Assembly: GCA_017499595.2 (NCBI GenBank) | Contig: CM039006.1 | Span: 868,001 to 932,000 of the forward strand | Direction: 5' to 3' | DNA: 64,000 nucleotides | Source: Psilocybe cubensis | Lineage: Eukaryota | In this document: positions 47,437 to 61,771 of the stretch, in pieces | How the letters are laid out: every line of letters starts with the position of its first letter | How positions within the stretch are numbered: the first letter of the stretch is position 1 | Made by a program: the position numbers and the translations under genes | Notes under the pieces: generated by a model | Told to the model about the DNA's origin: nothing | Seen by the model: the letters and a program-made list of their open reading frames with translations, nothing else | The model's database searches: none

Positions 47437-50400
47437 ATGTCCACAGACCTAGGGCTTGACCCTTCTGACCCTCTCAACCTCCTCCTGCATAACACTTCCC
47501 AGGGTGCAGACTCTTCGACCAGCACTGATTCTTCACAGATGGAAAATGGAAGCGCAGAGGACTGGTCAAAGTTCAGTGCTCTTTGGGCGGAAGTCAGCGA
47601 CCAGCAGCAGCAACAACACACAAATGCAGCGATGAAGCCATACCCCGACATGATGGATTTTACGGATCTCAGCGCTTTGCCTATGGACATGGACTTCAAC
47701 CCTTCCATGTCTATCGAACCCAGTGCGCTGCACTACGACTCGATGAAATTCACGCACCCGGGAATGTCCTTCTCCTATGATGATCAGTATGGGCTCTCGA
47801 GCGAGTTGTTGGCTTCACAATTTCCTTTTACCTTCCAGTTCAACGGAGAAGATATGTCGAGCTCTTCATCCTCGGCTTCCCCCCCTTCCTCCACCAAAGA
47901 ACGCAGGTTGAGCATTACCTCGTCGTCTTCGTCCTCGGGTGCTTCATTCTCGCCGGTGCCAGAATCAATTCCCAGCCCTCCTACTTACAATGATGTGGCC
48001 CATGACTTACAATACCCCGATGCCACTGCTCCTACTACCTTCAGTGACCCAGCTGCGGAACTTGCCCAACGGGTTCGCCAATCTGCAGGCGTAATGCTCG
48101 CCGTTCCCATGAATTCCCAATTACAGAATCCAGGTGCCCAGCTACCAGGTATGTATCATACATGTGTTCTCCATTATAATCTAACTATTTACTAGCCAAT
48201 ACGTCCCAATCTAAACTGCCTATTCCCCGACTTCCCCGCCACAACTCTGTGACATCCAAATCTACACCTTCGACCTCATCCTCAGCCGCATCCACTCCCC
48301 CTCCGTCGACCCCTCCCCCTGCCAACTCGTTCAAGCTAAGCCTCAACACGGCACCCACTGCTCTTGCCCCACAAGAGCCCACATCCACTCCCGTTGCCGC
48401 AACCCCCGCCAGTGCTCTTCCTCGGCCCAAGACAAGCCATACGACTATCGAGCGTCGGTACCGTACAAACCTCAACGCCCGCATCCAGAGCCTGCGCATG
48501 GCCGTGCCAGCGCTGCGTGTTCTCGAGGACCGCGAGGGCGGCAACGGAAAGAAGATAAAGAAAAACGTCAAAGGCAGCGTCCCGATCAAGGGCACAAACT
48601 GCGCGGGCATCATCGTCGACAGTGTCGGCGAGGACGGGCAGGGCGTCGTGGATATCATAGATGAGAGAGGCTTTGTAGACGGTGTCAAGGTAGCGAGGAA
48701 GTGTAGCAAGGCCAATGTGCTTGGAAAGGCGGTAGAGTATATTAGGGTACTGAAGAAGAGGGAGCAAAGGTTGAAGGCTGAGCAAGCAGGGTTGAAGATG
48801 CTTGTAGCGGGTCTCGTTGGCGGTCCGGCGCTCGTACGAGAGTGGGAGAAGGAGTGGAGGGCCAAGTTTGGAGGGGAGGAGAAAGACGAGGTCGAAGGCG
48901 ATGACGAGGCCGACGATGATGACGACAGTGAGGATGAGGATGGAAGTGGTGATGAGGACGGCGGTAGGAAGAGAAAAAGACCAAAAGCATCGGCAGCCCC
49001 CGTAAAGAAGCCTGCGGAGAAGAAGAAGGCTGTAACTACCACCCCGCTCGTCCACACAACAAGCGGCGAGCAAGACGGGAGTACTGTTCCGGAAAAGAGA
49101 AAGAGAGGTCGACCGAGAAAGGTTCTTCCTCCTCCTGTTACTCTGGCCCCTACCGCATCGCAAGAGGTCCCGGTTCCCACTGCACAGGACGAGGTCATGC
49201 AACCGCCTATGGCGCAAGCAATGTGGACGCAACCACAACCCCAACCGCAACAATTCCTCCTCGCCGTCTTCGCGTTGTTCTCATTCTTCAACTCTCCTTT
49301 GACTTCTTCAACACCTTCGGCTTCGCATCAACATACCGGAACTGTTCTCTCTTCCCATCCCCCTCTGGCATATGCACCTGAAATTTTATCCCTATTCCCG
49401 GAGCCGAATGCGTCCTCCTCATCTCCATGGGCATGGAGGGAGTATGCCCAGGTCGTTCATCTTATCGTCTCACTTTTGGTTTTGGCAAGTTTAGTTGCCA
49501 ACTGGTTGGGTCTCGGCAAGGCCGTCGCGCGTGGACGCAGCCTATCTTTCCGGGTCGTGAAAGGCGCGGCGAGCAAAACAAGAGCTCACGCGGGCCCATT
49601 CAGCTGGTTTGACCTAGGCGAAGCCTCTGTATTGGAAGGTACGGTTCCTTTCATTTCGTTGTTGCTGCCATATTGACAATCCTTTCATAGGCCGTGCCGC
49701 TTCATTGACTTTCTACGAGCGTCTGCAAATCTACCGTTCTGTCTCATCACGTGCCTCTGCAACGACCTCGCAGTTAGTCACCTCCGCCTTGGCCATCTAT
49801 CGTACTCCCGGTCTGTTGGGTAGCATAGCGCGCATTCAGTCCCGCTCCATCTGGTCAGCCGCTAACTTGCAAGCTCAAAATACACTCCCGATTCGCAAAC
49901 ATGAAGCGCTCGTCTTCAGAGAACTCGAACTGGACACTGCAACCGCGCTTCTTACCACTGCGTCTGACGCCGACAAGACGGACGGGGAGCGAGCCTTGGC
50001 GCCTATCGAGGTCCTCGCGGGCTTGGTTGTTAAGCAGCGCGTTAAAGCTCATCTTGGGCAGTTGTTTGTCAACCTTGTTGAGGCTGAGGATGCACTTTTC
50101 GAGGATGGCAAGGAGAAAGAGAAAGAGGAAAAGGAGTGGAGGCGTACTATCGACGCGGCGCGCGAGCTAGGCGGGCAGGTTGCGCAGCTTGGCACCCTGT
50201 TCGAGCGCGTCTGGAAGGCCTCGCCGAGTGCGCTGGAGGAGGCAGAAATCGAGCTCGAGCTTGGCGAAGAAGGAAGCAATGAGGTCAAGGCGCTGCTGGT
50301 CGCTGTTATTCTGTATAGGCGCTTGTTCGACTATAGTCATGGGTGTGCATCTCCAAGCTCCTCAACGTCGACGTTGTTGATGAGCCCACCCCCGAGTCCG

Positions 50401-50625
50401 ACGTCGAAGACGGCGCAGGCGAGGAAGAAAATGATGTTGAAGCTCAGGACAGCCCTTGGAAATCGTGTGTTTGAGGCTGATGAGCAGAAGCAAGATGAAG
50501 CTGAGGTGGAACAAGGAGAAGAAACGCAAAAAATGGGATTAGAAGACGCAAGAGATAGAGTGGTGGATCTGATAGTGGAATTGGAAAGGAAGGAGAGGAG
50601 GTCGAGCACACCGTCTTGCTCGTGA
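47437..50625 (+). CDS. SREBP-type bHLH transcription factor (Sre1/SrbA-like)
   Basis: Three exons. Basic region KTSHTTIERRYRTNLN has the SREBP-diagnostic Tyr; helix 2 is SKANVLGKAVEYIRVLK. AT-hook-like KRGRPRK, and two hydrophobic segments (FLLAVFALFSFF, VVHLIVSLLVLASLVANWL). Confidence 0.85.
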
Positions 50626-50942
50626 AGATCATAAACGCTTTGTTTCGACTCTATTCCGTTTGTATTGCTTTCGCCTTCTTCCTGCTGTATACCTGGACTC
50701 ATAGAGTCTTCTGACCGTTTTATAATTATGTCTATTGCATCCTTTCTTTCTATACTTACATACGCCTGCTTTGTTGTAATTTGACTGCCTCTGTTCGGAT
50801 GCCTTTAATAAAATGCATTCGCTCGCTCCCATGGAAAATATTGTGAGACTCAGATAATCAGCATTCAGGCTGCCATGATGATGATCAAGTGGCTCGAGTC
50901 GATGAGCATATGTTCACAAAATTTATTTGAACCAACGCTCCC

Positions 50943-53900
50943 ATGTGGTGGCAGGCCCAAGTTTGGTCTCGGATTCGGATTCCTCAAAAGGGGCTGCCCC
51001 CTTCGCGATTGCGATTGCGCTTGCTTCCCAGTTCGGCTTCTTTGAGCCCCTCGCTACTTTTACGCACATTATCTACGACTAGGACTACAGCAGATATGGG
51101 CGCAGCTGGCCAGCACACTGTGAACACCACCGAGAGGCTCACGAAGCTGCGCGAGTTGATGCAAAAGCAAGACATAGATGTGCAGGCTGTTGTTATCCCG
51201 AGCGAAGATCAGCGTGTGTATTCCTCTTCTGTCTTGACGCCTTCAAGCTTGACGTGTTAACACACAGACTCGAGCGAGTATCTGGCGCATTGCGATGAGC
51301 GGAGAGCGTTCATCTCGGGGTTCAACGGGTCCGCAGGTCCGTTCCGTCGTTTATCATCATTTGGTCGGAACTGATATTTCTAATCTCTGTGCCACCAGGA
51401 TGTGCGATCGTCACTCTGGATAAAGCATACCTGTTCACCGATGGTCGATACTTCCTGCAAGCGGAGAAGCAGCTTGATCAGTCAGTCTAGTCGTCGTCGC
51501 GGGACGGGACTACTCTATTTCTTGACCTTGGGGCAGGCTCTAATCTGGGTTGGTTGTGCTTATACAGGAATTGGACGCTGATGAAGCAAGGTCTTCCGGG
51601 TATGTTTAGTTCTCTTCTTGCCCATATATCGCAGGATTGACACCAAAGGATCAGATGTACCAACATGGCAGGAGTTTTTGCACAAGGTATATCATCAATT
51701 CAACGCTACAATGCACGGGAGGCTGAAGGATTGGGATAGAATTTAGAAGGAAAGACCAAGATCGGGATCGATGCTACTCTCATATCCGCCTGTACGTTTA
51801 CAATTCTATGCTGCAGCATCTATAGTTCTTTGATCGTTTTGACACGCGTCTCATACAGCCGACGCGGAAAGTCTGAACAAGCAGCTGGCTCCTAAAGAAT
51901 CCTCGCTGGTCTCGCTCTCCAACAACCTCGTCGACGAGATTTGGACAGATAGACCTGCACGACCTGCGAACCCCGTCTTCCACCTTGACGAAAAATACTC
52001 CGGTATGAACACTCTAATCGCTGTGTTCGAAAGGTTGAATTAACGTATGGGCTAGGTCAATCTCATTTGGAAAAAGTGGAGAAGATCAGGGAAGAGTTGG
52101 TAAAGAAGAAGGCCAAGGCTGTTGTTGTCACGATGCTGGACGAAGTCGCTTGGTTGTTCAATCTTAGAGGATCCGATATTGATTTCAACCCTGGTGCGTG
52201 TCGTTCATGGTATATGATTTGCCGTCGCTGATGGTCTGGGCGGGCCAGTGTTCTTTGCTTATGCCGTGGTGACGACTGAGAAGGTTACTCTTTTCATTAA
52301 TGAAAAACAGCTCGACGATACTGCCCGAGGGTACTTGGAAAAGCATGTGGAAATTAAACCTTACGATTCGTTCTTCGACCACCTTAAAGGACTCCCCAGT
52401 ACGCTCGACCTCAAAGATGATACGGTCAGTCGTATTCCTAACCTTGTTTTCTCATATAACTGAACCGTGAAAATAGACAATTCTTCTAGGAGATAAAGCT
52501 AGTCTGGCAGTTGCTGAAGCTCTGGGCAAGAACACCTACACGATTGTGCGCTCACCCGTCACGGACCTGAAAGCTATCAAGAATGCCACAGAGCTTGAAG
52601 GATTCAGACAATCGCATATTCGCGATGGCGCCGCTCTGGCACGATACTTTGCCTGGCTAGAGGAACAGCTGAATAACGGCGCGGAGATCAACGAGAGTCA
52701 AGGGTCTGACCAGCTGGAGAAGTATCGCTCGTGCGTTTCCTTCTTCTCTTTAGGCTTTTCGCTTCCGTGTCTGTCGTTGCTGAGCGTATTTCTTCTTCTC
52801 AAAAATAGGGAACTTGATCTGTTTAAAGGATTGTCGTTTACAACTATCTCTTCTACTGGTCCTAACGGAGGTATGTCCCCTGGCTCTATCCTTATTGATG
52901 TAACCTATTTTTGGACTAGCTATCATTCACTACTCTCCTGACCCCAACGATTGTGATATCATCAAGAAAGATCAAGTAAGATTAAATTCGAATGGTACAC
53001 ACGTTCTCTCTAACATCGGCATCAGATCTACCTTTGTGATTCTGGAGGTAGTTCAACGCTCGAAATGATGCGATAAGACTTGGCTGAACTAGTGTTTTAG
53101 GACAATATTTGGATGGAACTACGGACGTTACGCGAACTTGGGTTAGACCTCATTAATGTTAGATGAAGGTCTTTGTACTTACTGCCGTTTCGTCTAGCAC
53201 TTTGGCACCCCAACAGATGAAGAGAAGCGCGCATTTACGCGCGTATTACAAGGACACATCGCTATCGACACCGCTGTTTTCCCCAATGGAACTACGGGTT
53301 ACATCATGTCAGACGTTTCAGTTATTTCCCCTAGAGGCTCTAGCTGAAAGTATTCGTAAAGTGACGCTTTTGCTCGTCGAGCATTGTGGCAAGATGGACT
53401 TGGTGGGACCGCTTTCTTTTTTTCTAATCCATAATCTGACAATGTCCCATAGACTTCAGGTCAGACTATCTGCTTGTCCGACGAAACAAGTTCTAAAGGT
53501 CTGCTAGGCACGGCACAGGACATGGCGTAGGCCACTTCCTGAACGTTCATGAAGGGCCTCAAGGTATCGGTACACGGATAAGTAAGTGCATTAAGCTACA
53601 TCACTCAACATCTACTCGCCTGATCTGGCTATACAAGCTCTCAACAACGCACCTCTCAAGCCCGGCATGACCGTCTCAAATGAACCAGGCTATTACGCCG
53701 ATGGTCGGTTTGGCATCCGGATTGAGAACGTTGTTCTAGTCACAGAAGCCAAGACTCCTAATAACTTTGGAGATAAGGGTTATCTTGGATTTGAGAACGT
53801 TACGATGTAAGTAATAATTCTCTCGATAACTATTGCAGGAGCTCTAATTATCTGTTATTTTTTCAGGTGCCCTATCCAGGTAAAACTCATTGACACCAGC

Positions 53901-54032
53901 CTGCTGACTCCACAGGAGAAAGCTTGGGTGAACGCGTATCATGAAGAAGTCTTTTCCAAGGTGTCTCCGTTGCTTCAGAACGACCAAAGAGCGCTACAGT
54001 GGTTGACACGAGAGTGCAAAAACCCCATCTAG
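50943..54032 (+). CDS. Xaa-Pro aminopeptidase (aminopeptidase P, M24 family)
   Basis: Many short exons. Motifs [88 protein letters not shown] and SNEPGYY..FGIRIEN. Second in-frame ATG at 51096. Confidence 0.95.
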
Positions 54033-54712
54033 TTTAAGAAGTAAATGAAGAAGAGCCGGAACACGTATCTCTCATTATGTTTTGAATATAGTATGTATGT
54101 AGGTTCAAAATCCATCCACAAAAGCAAATAACGCCAGATAATGGAGCAGGTCTGTTAATTGTATTCAATTTAGACTCCCACTCGAGTGTTCCAGTCACTT
54201 TGAAGTGCTAGTCACATAATCTTGAGGTATTCTGCAAGTGTCTGGTTAAATCTGTTAGATTACAGTAGTGCACTTTAATTTGGTATATTTCATTCAAATT
54301 TTAGTAGTTTCGATTCACATTGGAAGCAAATTAGCCGCCATTCTCAAGCGTGGGTGATTAATTAGTTAACCGAGCCATGTCCACTGCTATCCCAATGCGG
54401 TTTCCTTTCTAAGTTTATTTTGAATGCAATGCTTGCCATGGACTTAATGCAGAGCACGGCTTCGCGGCCACGCAAGCTTGCTCCTCTTACCTTCACATCT
54501 CACCTTCACGACTCCCAAGTTCGTGTTTTCCTCGAGGACACCAACACCCACATACACTCACACACACACCGTTGCTGAATTTGCATTTGGTCCTTTCTTT
54601 TTCAACGTCGACCTTCGTTTCTGGTTCTAACTTCTTCTTCTGACTTTTTTTTTCACTAAACGTTCGTTTTATTACCAACATACGGTTATAATCTTGGACA
54701 TATTTGCCTATC

Positions 54713-57700
54713 ATGTCTGTCAATCCCTCGTATTGCGTCCCATTTGTCACGAACGGATGCACTTTCGGAGGGAACTGCTCAAGGAGACATGACATCTTCA
54801 AGTGTTCATGTGGAAGGATCTTGCTTGAAGAATACAGAAAGCCGCACACCAAAGGGAATGCCCACCGTCAAGCACTTCAGGCTATCCAAAAATCTGGCGC
54901 TCAGATCCCTAAATCTTCCTCTACAGGTTCAGTTCCTCGCAACAGGGCAGGACGTTCGTCTCGCAGGAGTGCGACTGCGCAGTACGCTGCAGCGGTGAGA
55001 TGAATGTGATCAATCAAAGATCTTGATTACTAACTCCGATCTACAGAGGCAAGAGTCCTCTTCCTCAAGCCCTGTCCAAGAGCAATTAGTATGCGAGCAT
55101 TGCCGTAGGAAGGTGGACAACGCCGATTACGATGCGCATGTTGAGGGTCACATGCAAAGGCAACGAATGGATGATGCACTGGCGGAGCTGGAGGAAGCGA
55201 AGAACGACAAGGAGGGGGTCGTCGTGAGTGGAAGGAACGGCATTGATTTTGGAATTTTGGCAGGCGACTGTACCGTGGAGATTGGCATCACCATCACCAG
55301 TACGCTCTCTGCTGTCTCTCTCAATCGATGCCGGGTCGAGTCATCAACTCGGAAAGATGAACACGGGGTCAAGTGAGTCGCATTCTATACCTGAACTAAT
55401 CGCGACTTATTTCTGCTCAGGTTTTCTGCTCGTTTGAGAGGGAAGGGTCGAGTGATTCCAAAAGGCGCTACGAGGCACCTCTCAGTTGTATTCCACCCGT
55501 CATACGCTGGAAAATATGACGATAATCTTGCCCTCGTTTTTTTCGACTTAGAGAAACGCTCTACCTTCGTCATCACGCGAAGTGTCGCAGCTACAGTTGG
55601 GGATGCAGAAGACCACGAGCAACTCAAAGCTAAAGCACCTTACAAGCGTCGCAGGATCTTCAGGATTGATCCCATAGGAACGGTAGTTCCTAGTATGCGC
55701 CCCCCTACTTGGTCAAAGACACCTTGGGTGGACAAGTTGCTTCCGTTCTATCCTCCTGAGCGCCTGATCAAAATGGCGTTTGGGCCACCCCCTGTTGTGA
55801 GGCAGGCGTATACGAACGTGAAGAAGCACTACATGCCCGCTGTTTTCAACGAGAATACGTATGCCTGGTTTTTCCAGACTCTCCTCTATCTTGAGGAGCA
55901 TCAGGTCAAGTAAGCTATCCCTGATCGTGCTTTAAAGGCACAGGCTCAATTAACAAATTTGGCAGACTCGACTTGGAAGCGTACTCGTTGAGTGACGTCG
56001 AACTGAAGGCGGATTATCCGCGTTACAAGTGAGTTTTACTGCCTTGAAATTTACTTTTCAAACTCAACGACTTTCTCGCTTTGAACAGGTTACTTGTAGA
56101 AGGATTGGCAGAGAATCGCCCTTCAGTCCTCGTTGGAGACTTCATCCACGTCAGTCACCACGAGCCCCCCGAAACGCTCAACACGAACCGCACCTGGTAC
56201 GAAGGACGAGTTCACAAAGTTCACGAAAACCACGTTACCCTCCTCTTCGGAGAAAATTTCAGTACATACAAGGGTACCAAGTTTGATGTTCGCTTCGTCC
56301 TTAACCGTTTGCCTTTCCGCCGGATGCACCAGGCGCTAGTGAACAAAGTCAATCCGAAGAGGTTGTTGTTCCCGGAACAAGCACACATCCAGGGTGTCAC
56401 TAGGGTGTCTGCGAAACAGATGGAGGATATATCTCCCGCTAACCGGTTGGTTAAGGAGGATGAGGAACAGTTGGAAACTGTGGCAGCTATTCTAAATCAA
56501 GCTCCAGGCAGTGTGCCATTTGTAGTGTTTGGCCCGTACGTCCTGAAAACTCTCGTTTAGACCGAATTACTGACCAGGTGATGAAACAGGCCAGGAACTG
56601 GAAAGACCATCACCATCGTCGAAGCCATGAATCAAATCCTTGACCGTGATCCCAACGCCCGCATTTTAGCCTGCGCACCAAACAATTCTGCTGCTGATCT
56701 CATCGCCATGAAGCTCATGAACCGCGGACCGTCGCAAATCTACCGTCTAAATGCGCTCAGCCGCAAGTTGGACGACATGGATCAATCCCTACGTCGTTTC
56801 TCGTCGATCAACGACAATCTCGTCTTTGCCATGCCGGACAAGGAGTCGCTTCAGAAATTCCGCGTTGTCGTTTCTACATGCTTATCTGCGGGAGTACCAG
56901 CGTCACTGGGGCTGGAGCGAGGGCACTTTAGCCATATTTTCATCGATGAAGCTGGGCAGGGAAAGGAGCCTGAGCTGATGATCCCGATCAAAAGTATTGC
57001 AGATGACAAGACCAATGTGATTCTTGCTGGTGATAACCAGCAGCTGGGCCCTATCATCAATTCTAGCCTCGCTTCAAGTTTGGGGTTGAAGCTGAGCTAT
57101 CTTGCACGCATCATGCAGCGCGAGATTTATGATTTAGCGAAATACAAAGGCATCACGTACGCAGTTGTAATCACTCATACCCACGATATTAGCTTTACAT
57201 TTTGTATCTCTTTAGCATTGTCAAGCTCATCAAGAACTTCCGTTCGCATCCCGACATTCTGCGCTTCTCTAACGAGCAATTCTACAACTCGGAGCTGCAG
57301 ACATGTGGTAACGTTGCGTTGACCCACTCCTTGGTCAACTATGAAGAACTGCCCAAGAAGCAATTCCCGTTGATGTTCCACTCAGTCGTGGGGAAGGACG
57401 AGCGCGAAGCCAGCTCGCCTTCTTTCTTCAACATCATCGAAGCGACGCAGGTCAAGAAGTACTGTATTTCGCTTATCACGAACAGGAAAAACAACATCAG
57501 TTCGTCATTTTTGCATTGTTGACTGCTCGTCTGTCATACTAATAACATCATGCAGAGGCCGAACACATTGGTGTCATTACACCCTATCATGCACAACGAT
57601 GCAAGATTTTGGATCTTCTTCACAAAGATGTTCGATTCCGGGATATCAAAGTTGGGAGTGTAGAAGAATTCCAAGGACAAGTATGTAACGGCCTTATATC

Positions 57701-58242
57701 TATTTCACTTTTTTTCTGATTGCATGCCCTTTAGGAACGACGTGTCATTATTATATCGACAGTACGAAGCAACACTGACTACGTGACGTCCGATATCAGG
57801 CGCTCGCTTGGCTTTGTGGCCAACAAAAGCCGAATGAATGGTATATATCATTATTATGCATTTTCAACTACAAGAAATCTGACAACCATACACAAATCTA
57901 GTCGCGCTTACCCGCGCACAAGCCCTGCTTATTGTAGTAGGCAACCCTACAGTGCTCTCCCTCGACCCGCTGTGGCGCTCCTTCCTTAACTACATCCATA
58001 GCCGTGGTGGCTGGCGAGGCAAAGAAATCGACTGGGATCCCAAGGAACCTGTCTTCTCAGATGGTTCGTACGATGCTACCAGGAAATCACAAGCAGAAGC
58101 CGAGTTAGAGGACACGATCGCCAAACTTCGCGCGATGGTTATTCAAAAGCATGAAGACGATGGATTCGAAATCGATGATGAAGATGATGAAGATCAGGAT
58201 GCAGCTGCGTTCGAAAGACCAATTCTACGAGAAGCGGAGTGA
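54713..58242 (+). CDS. MOV10/SDE3/Armitage-like superfamily-1 RNA helicase with N-terminal Cys/His fingers
   Basis: Motifs [88 protein letters not shown] and NVALTRA. Confidence 0.92.
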
Positions 58243-58354
58243 GTAAATTTTGAGACCTGAGCGTGTTGTAGTTTGTTGTTGTATCATGAACCAGAAAGGG
58301 TTTACGTTGCCTGAAGCTAATATTAGGATATACACTTCAAAAGTCCAACTCAAA

Positions 58355-61300
58355 TCATACCCAGTGCTCCATCCCAGTAAGATTTTGGTAATATAAAAGA
58401 ACCTGAGCCACATCATGGCTTGTCAAGAAATTGTTGGCGAGAAAAACCTACAGACGAGGTGCTCAGTTTAAGACCAAATACCAGCAATATCAAGCACAAA
58501 GCTACTTACGAACAAGAAAAAGCGCAGTGCACTCCACCCAGCTGCTTTGTGGATCATCCTCCAATATGTATCGATAAAGGCCTTGACACCTTTGACATAA
58601 TTTGCGATAAATTTATTTCTAATTATATGTATGTCAATCATGTTTATATAGAAAGGTCTAAAAAGAGGTCTACTCACCGATTTGCCTGTACAAATATCCA
58701 CCGTGCCCATAGAGCATGCATGACCTTGTATTCATCCTTCACATCGTCGCTTTCCCAAATTTCGTCTTCGCGATCGATAATTTCCCATGACAGTACTCCG
58801 TATTCCGCGAGAGGCAAGGTACCCAAGAGGTCGAAGAGGTAGGGTCCCCCTGGACGGCAACTATACGTGATGGTAGCACCTGTGATGTGGCTTGGAACAG
58901 CCGCGATGCTTTCGTCGATGGCCGGACCACCACCGTCTCCTAGATGACTTGGAGACATTGGGAGGTAAGGGTATCGTGCGGCGGGCCCGAGAGGCGCGTC
59001 GGCGGGCGGAGGTGTCGGATAACGTGAAGTCGGCGATCGCGGGCGTGGCTCTTCCATTGGTCTCGAGGAACGGGGGTCTGCTGTGCGGACGGACGACGTT
59101 CCAGTCACTGAACGCGAGGGTGATACGCTCTCAGTCTCCGGGGTTCTTGTTACAGAAGCAGAAGTAGAATCTTGCAAGGTCGCCGACTCCGATTGTGATA
59201 TAGAATCTCGACTCGGCGACGATGTCGTATCTTGTACGTCCACCTCATAAGACACCGAGCTTTCTACTCGCTCACGCTTTGTGGCTACACTCCCTGTCTT
59301 TGCCCAGATAGGTTTGATTACTGTATTACTTTGCAACTTTGCTGACTTTCTCGCAATCGGTTTCAGATCAGGTCGAATCTCAATGTGCGCTGGCACAGAC
59401 GGGGACCGTGCGGTAGATGAAAGCCTGGCAGATGGTGGGGGCGACAAAGTGACAAAGGGGAATATTCCACTGTCGTCAGGACGGACATCATCTTGTGTAG
59501 CGGATGTCGACTGCGATGGGTTTGTCTGCGGCTCAGGTTCGGGCGCGGGTTCTGGGATTACGATCTGTAATTTCCACTCATATTCCTGCAACAAAGAATA
59601 ATCAGACCCGTGTCATGAAAATAGCTAGCAAGGCGCACATACGCGGGTGTCATTTCCATCTACATCTGCCACCCACTCGTGATACACTTCTTCATGATCC
59701 CATGCCAAGTGACAATCTAACATCTCCCGAGTGTTGAATCCCTTTTCTTCTCCTGATTCATCACGGTGGAAGAGATCGCATATGGGACACAGCCATTCGT
59801 CCACACCAGCCTTGTATACTCCACTGCCTGCAGTATCGTAGGTAACTTGCATCCGCATCTTCCTTCTAGTCCGCGAGTCTTGATTTTCAGGATATATTGG
59901 GATGTTGAGTGTACGACATCGCTCTAAGAACCCCACGCACACGTTTCGTCGAAGGAATGGAAGCTGGTTGGTAGCTCGCATGCGTGAAGTCGACAGAGAA
60001 AGAGCCTCGACTGCGGACACCAGCGCCTCTGAGGGATGGTACTCTCCGTCTGAATCTTCATCGTCATCGTCGTCGTATAATGTAGCTTCTTCTTGCTGCT
60101 CTCGTTTGACGGGAAGGGGCAAAGGCGCAGTGATCATCTTCTCTTCGTCGAATGGGAGAATTTCGATGGTTCTGCGGGCATCGCCCATAACGATGTCGCC
60201 ATCCGTGTCGCGTCGAGGGTGAGGATTGTACTGGTCCGGATCGAGTTCGTCTTCTTCTTCCTCATCTTCCTCCTCCTCCTCCTCTGGTACCTCCTCCTCT
60301 TCTTCACGAGGAGATTCTACGTCACCATTGTCAGAGTTGGATTCTGTAGATTTTGACTCGGATTCGGATTCGTCAGAGGATCCCACTGCAGATCGCCTCT
60401 TACGCGCTGCATTGAAAGGGTTGCCTCGAGTAGGACCTGAGGTACTTCTGCAAAGTTAATTATGTCAGATAGATCGCATAGTGTAGATGAAAATTTATTT
60501 GAAAAGAAACTTTGCCAGTTGTCGTAGGAAAGCACTGCATTAAAACTTACTTGACAAAGGACTTTTTGGCTACCGGTCTGTACCTCTCTTCTTCTTCATC
60601 CTCCTCTTCTTCATCTTCGTTATCACTAGGCCGCTCCTGGACTGGCTCTTCGTCGTCTGAAAGTTCATCGACAACGATTTCATCTCCGACTTGCAACCGC
60701 AGCCTAGGCGCAATGTGCGCAGTTTTACGGCCTATATCATTCACATCCAAAACTAACTCATCTCCCCCTCCACCACCACCGCCCCTTCTTCCTCTTCCAC
60801 CACTTGGACGAGATCCACCTCCTTCATCTCCTCCACCCCAACTGACTGTAGTCCTCCGCGCCGCAGACGCCCGCTTGGTAAATCCAACCATATTCCCCGA
60901 TCTATCGCGCTTGTGAGCGAGCATCCGCTGCTCAAACGCATCATCCAGCTGCTGCCAAAGAGGCCCCGCGGATTTATACTGCTTGACAGTGTACAGGTCT
61001 GCCGACAACGAGCTTGCGGTCGTCGTGACCGTGTTCGGATCCGCGGTCTTCCTTGCTGGTTGCGACTGCGACTGCGATTGGGATGGCGATGCTGTTATGA
61101 TGGCACGGTTTTGTTGAGTCGGGAGGAGTTTACTGCGCGATGTCTTTTTGCTGGATACTAAAGCTGCTGATAGACGGGGGCGTTGGGGTTGATAAGCTCG
61201 TCCAAGAGGCACAGCGTCACTGGGTATCGCAGTTTTCTATAAATTTGAATGATGATATATTGTTAAGGTTGATTTGAAAGGAGGTATATAAATGGGGAGA

Positions 61301-61771
61301 GACGCACGGTAGCCCTTGTATTCTTGACCGATGTCAATCCCTGCGACCGACTGGGTGTACCTTGAAGGGTAGAGCTTACGCTACGGGAGCTGGAAGCAAG
61401 AGTGGATGAACCAGCCGATAATGTCGACGCCCTTCGAGACGAGTCGATATAGTTGCGGGCCACGGGAGTTTTCGACGACGTTGCGCGATTCTCAGGAGTT
61501 CTGGCATGCGCTGGGACATCTGGAACACGAAAAACAGGCTCAGATCTTACGGAGGTCTTGCGTATGATGGTTGGTTTGGTGTGACTTGAGCTGGGAGTCG
61601 CTCTTCCCGTAGATGATGAGTGCTGACGGTCATTTTGGTCTACAGTATCCCTTGTGTGATCACTTGTGGCTGCTTCAATAGACACCTAGATATCAAATCT
61701 GTATGGAGAACATTCTAATAGACAATCGTACAAGTTCCCGGTCTCTTTCGCGGATCGTTACTGCTCGACAT
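58355..61771 (-). CDS. Multi-exon nuclear protein with a C2H2 finger and a C-terminal VEFS-box-like region (possible divergent SUZ12)
   Basis: Spliced ORFs at 61263, 60547, 59625, 58674 and 58468 plus a final exon. Motifs LPFLRRNV and WLCPICDLF..FNTREMLDCHLAWDH. C-terminus DDVKDEYKVMHALWARWI..KAFIDTY..LRFFLFVFLANNFLTSHDVAQVL. Confidence 0.6.

Noticed and set aside
47437-50625. bHLH gene as regulator of a secondary-metabolite cluster (for example psilocybin PsiR)
   Set aside because: SREBP Tyr signature and membrane segments; no biosynthetic genes in the window.
50943-54032. Aminopeptidase P as the maturation enzyme for the X-Pro pro-peptides
   Set aside because: Conserved housekeeping enzyme without a secretion signal. 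It removes single residues rather than dipeptides and is not adjacent to the peptide genes.
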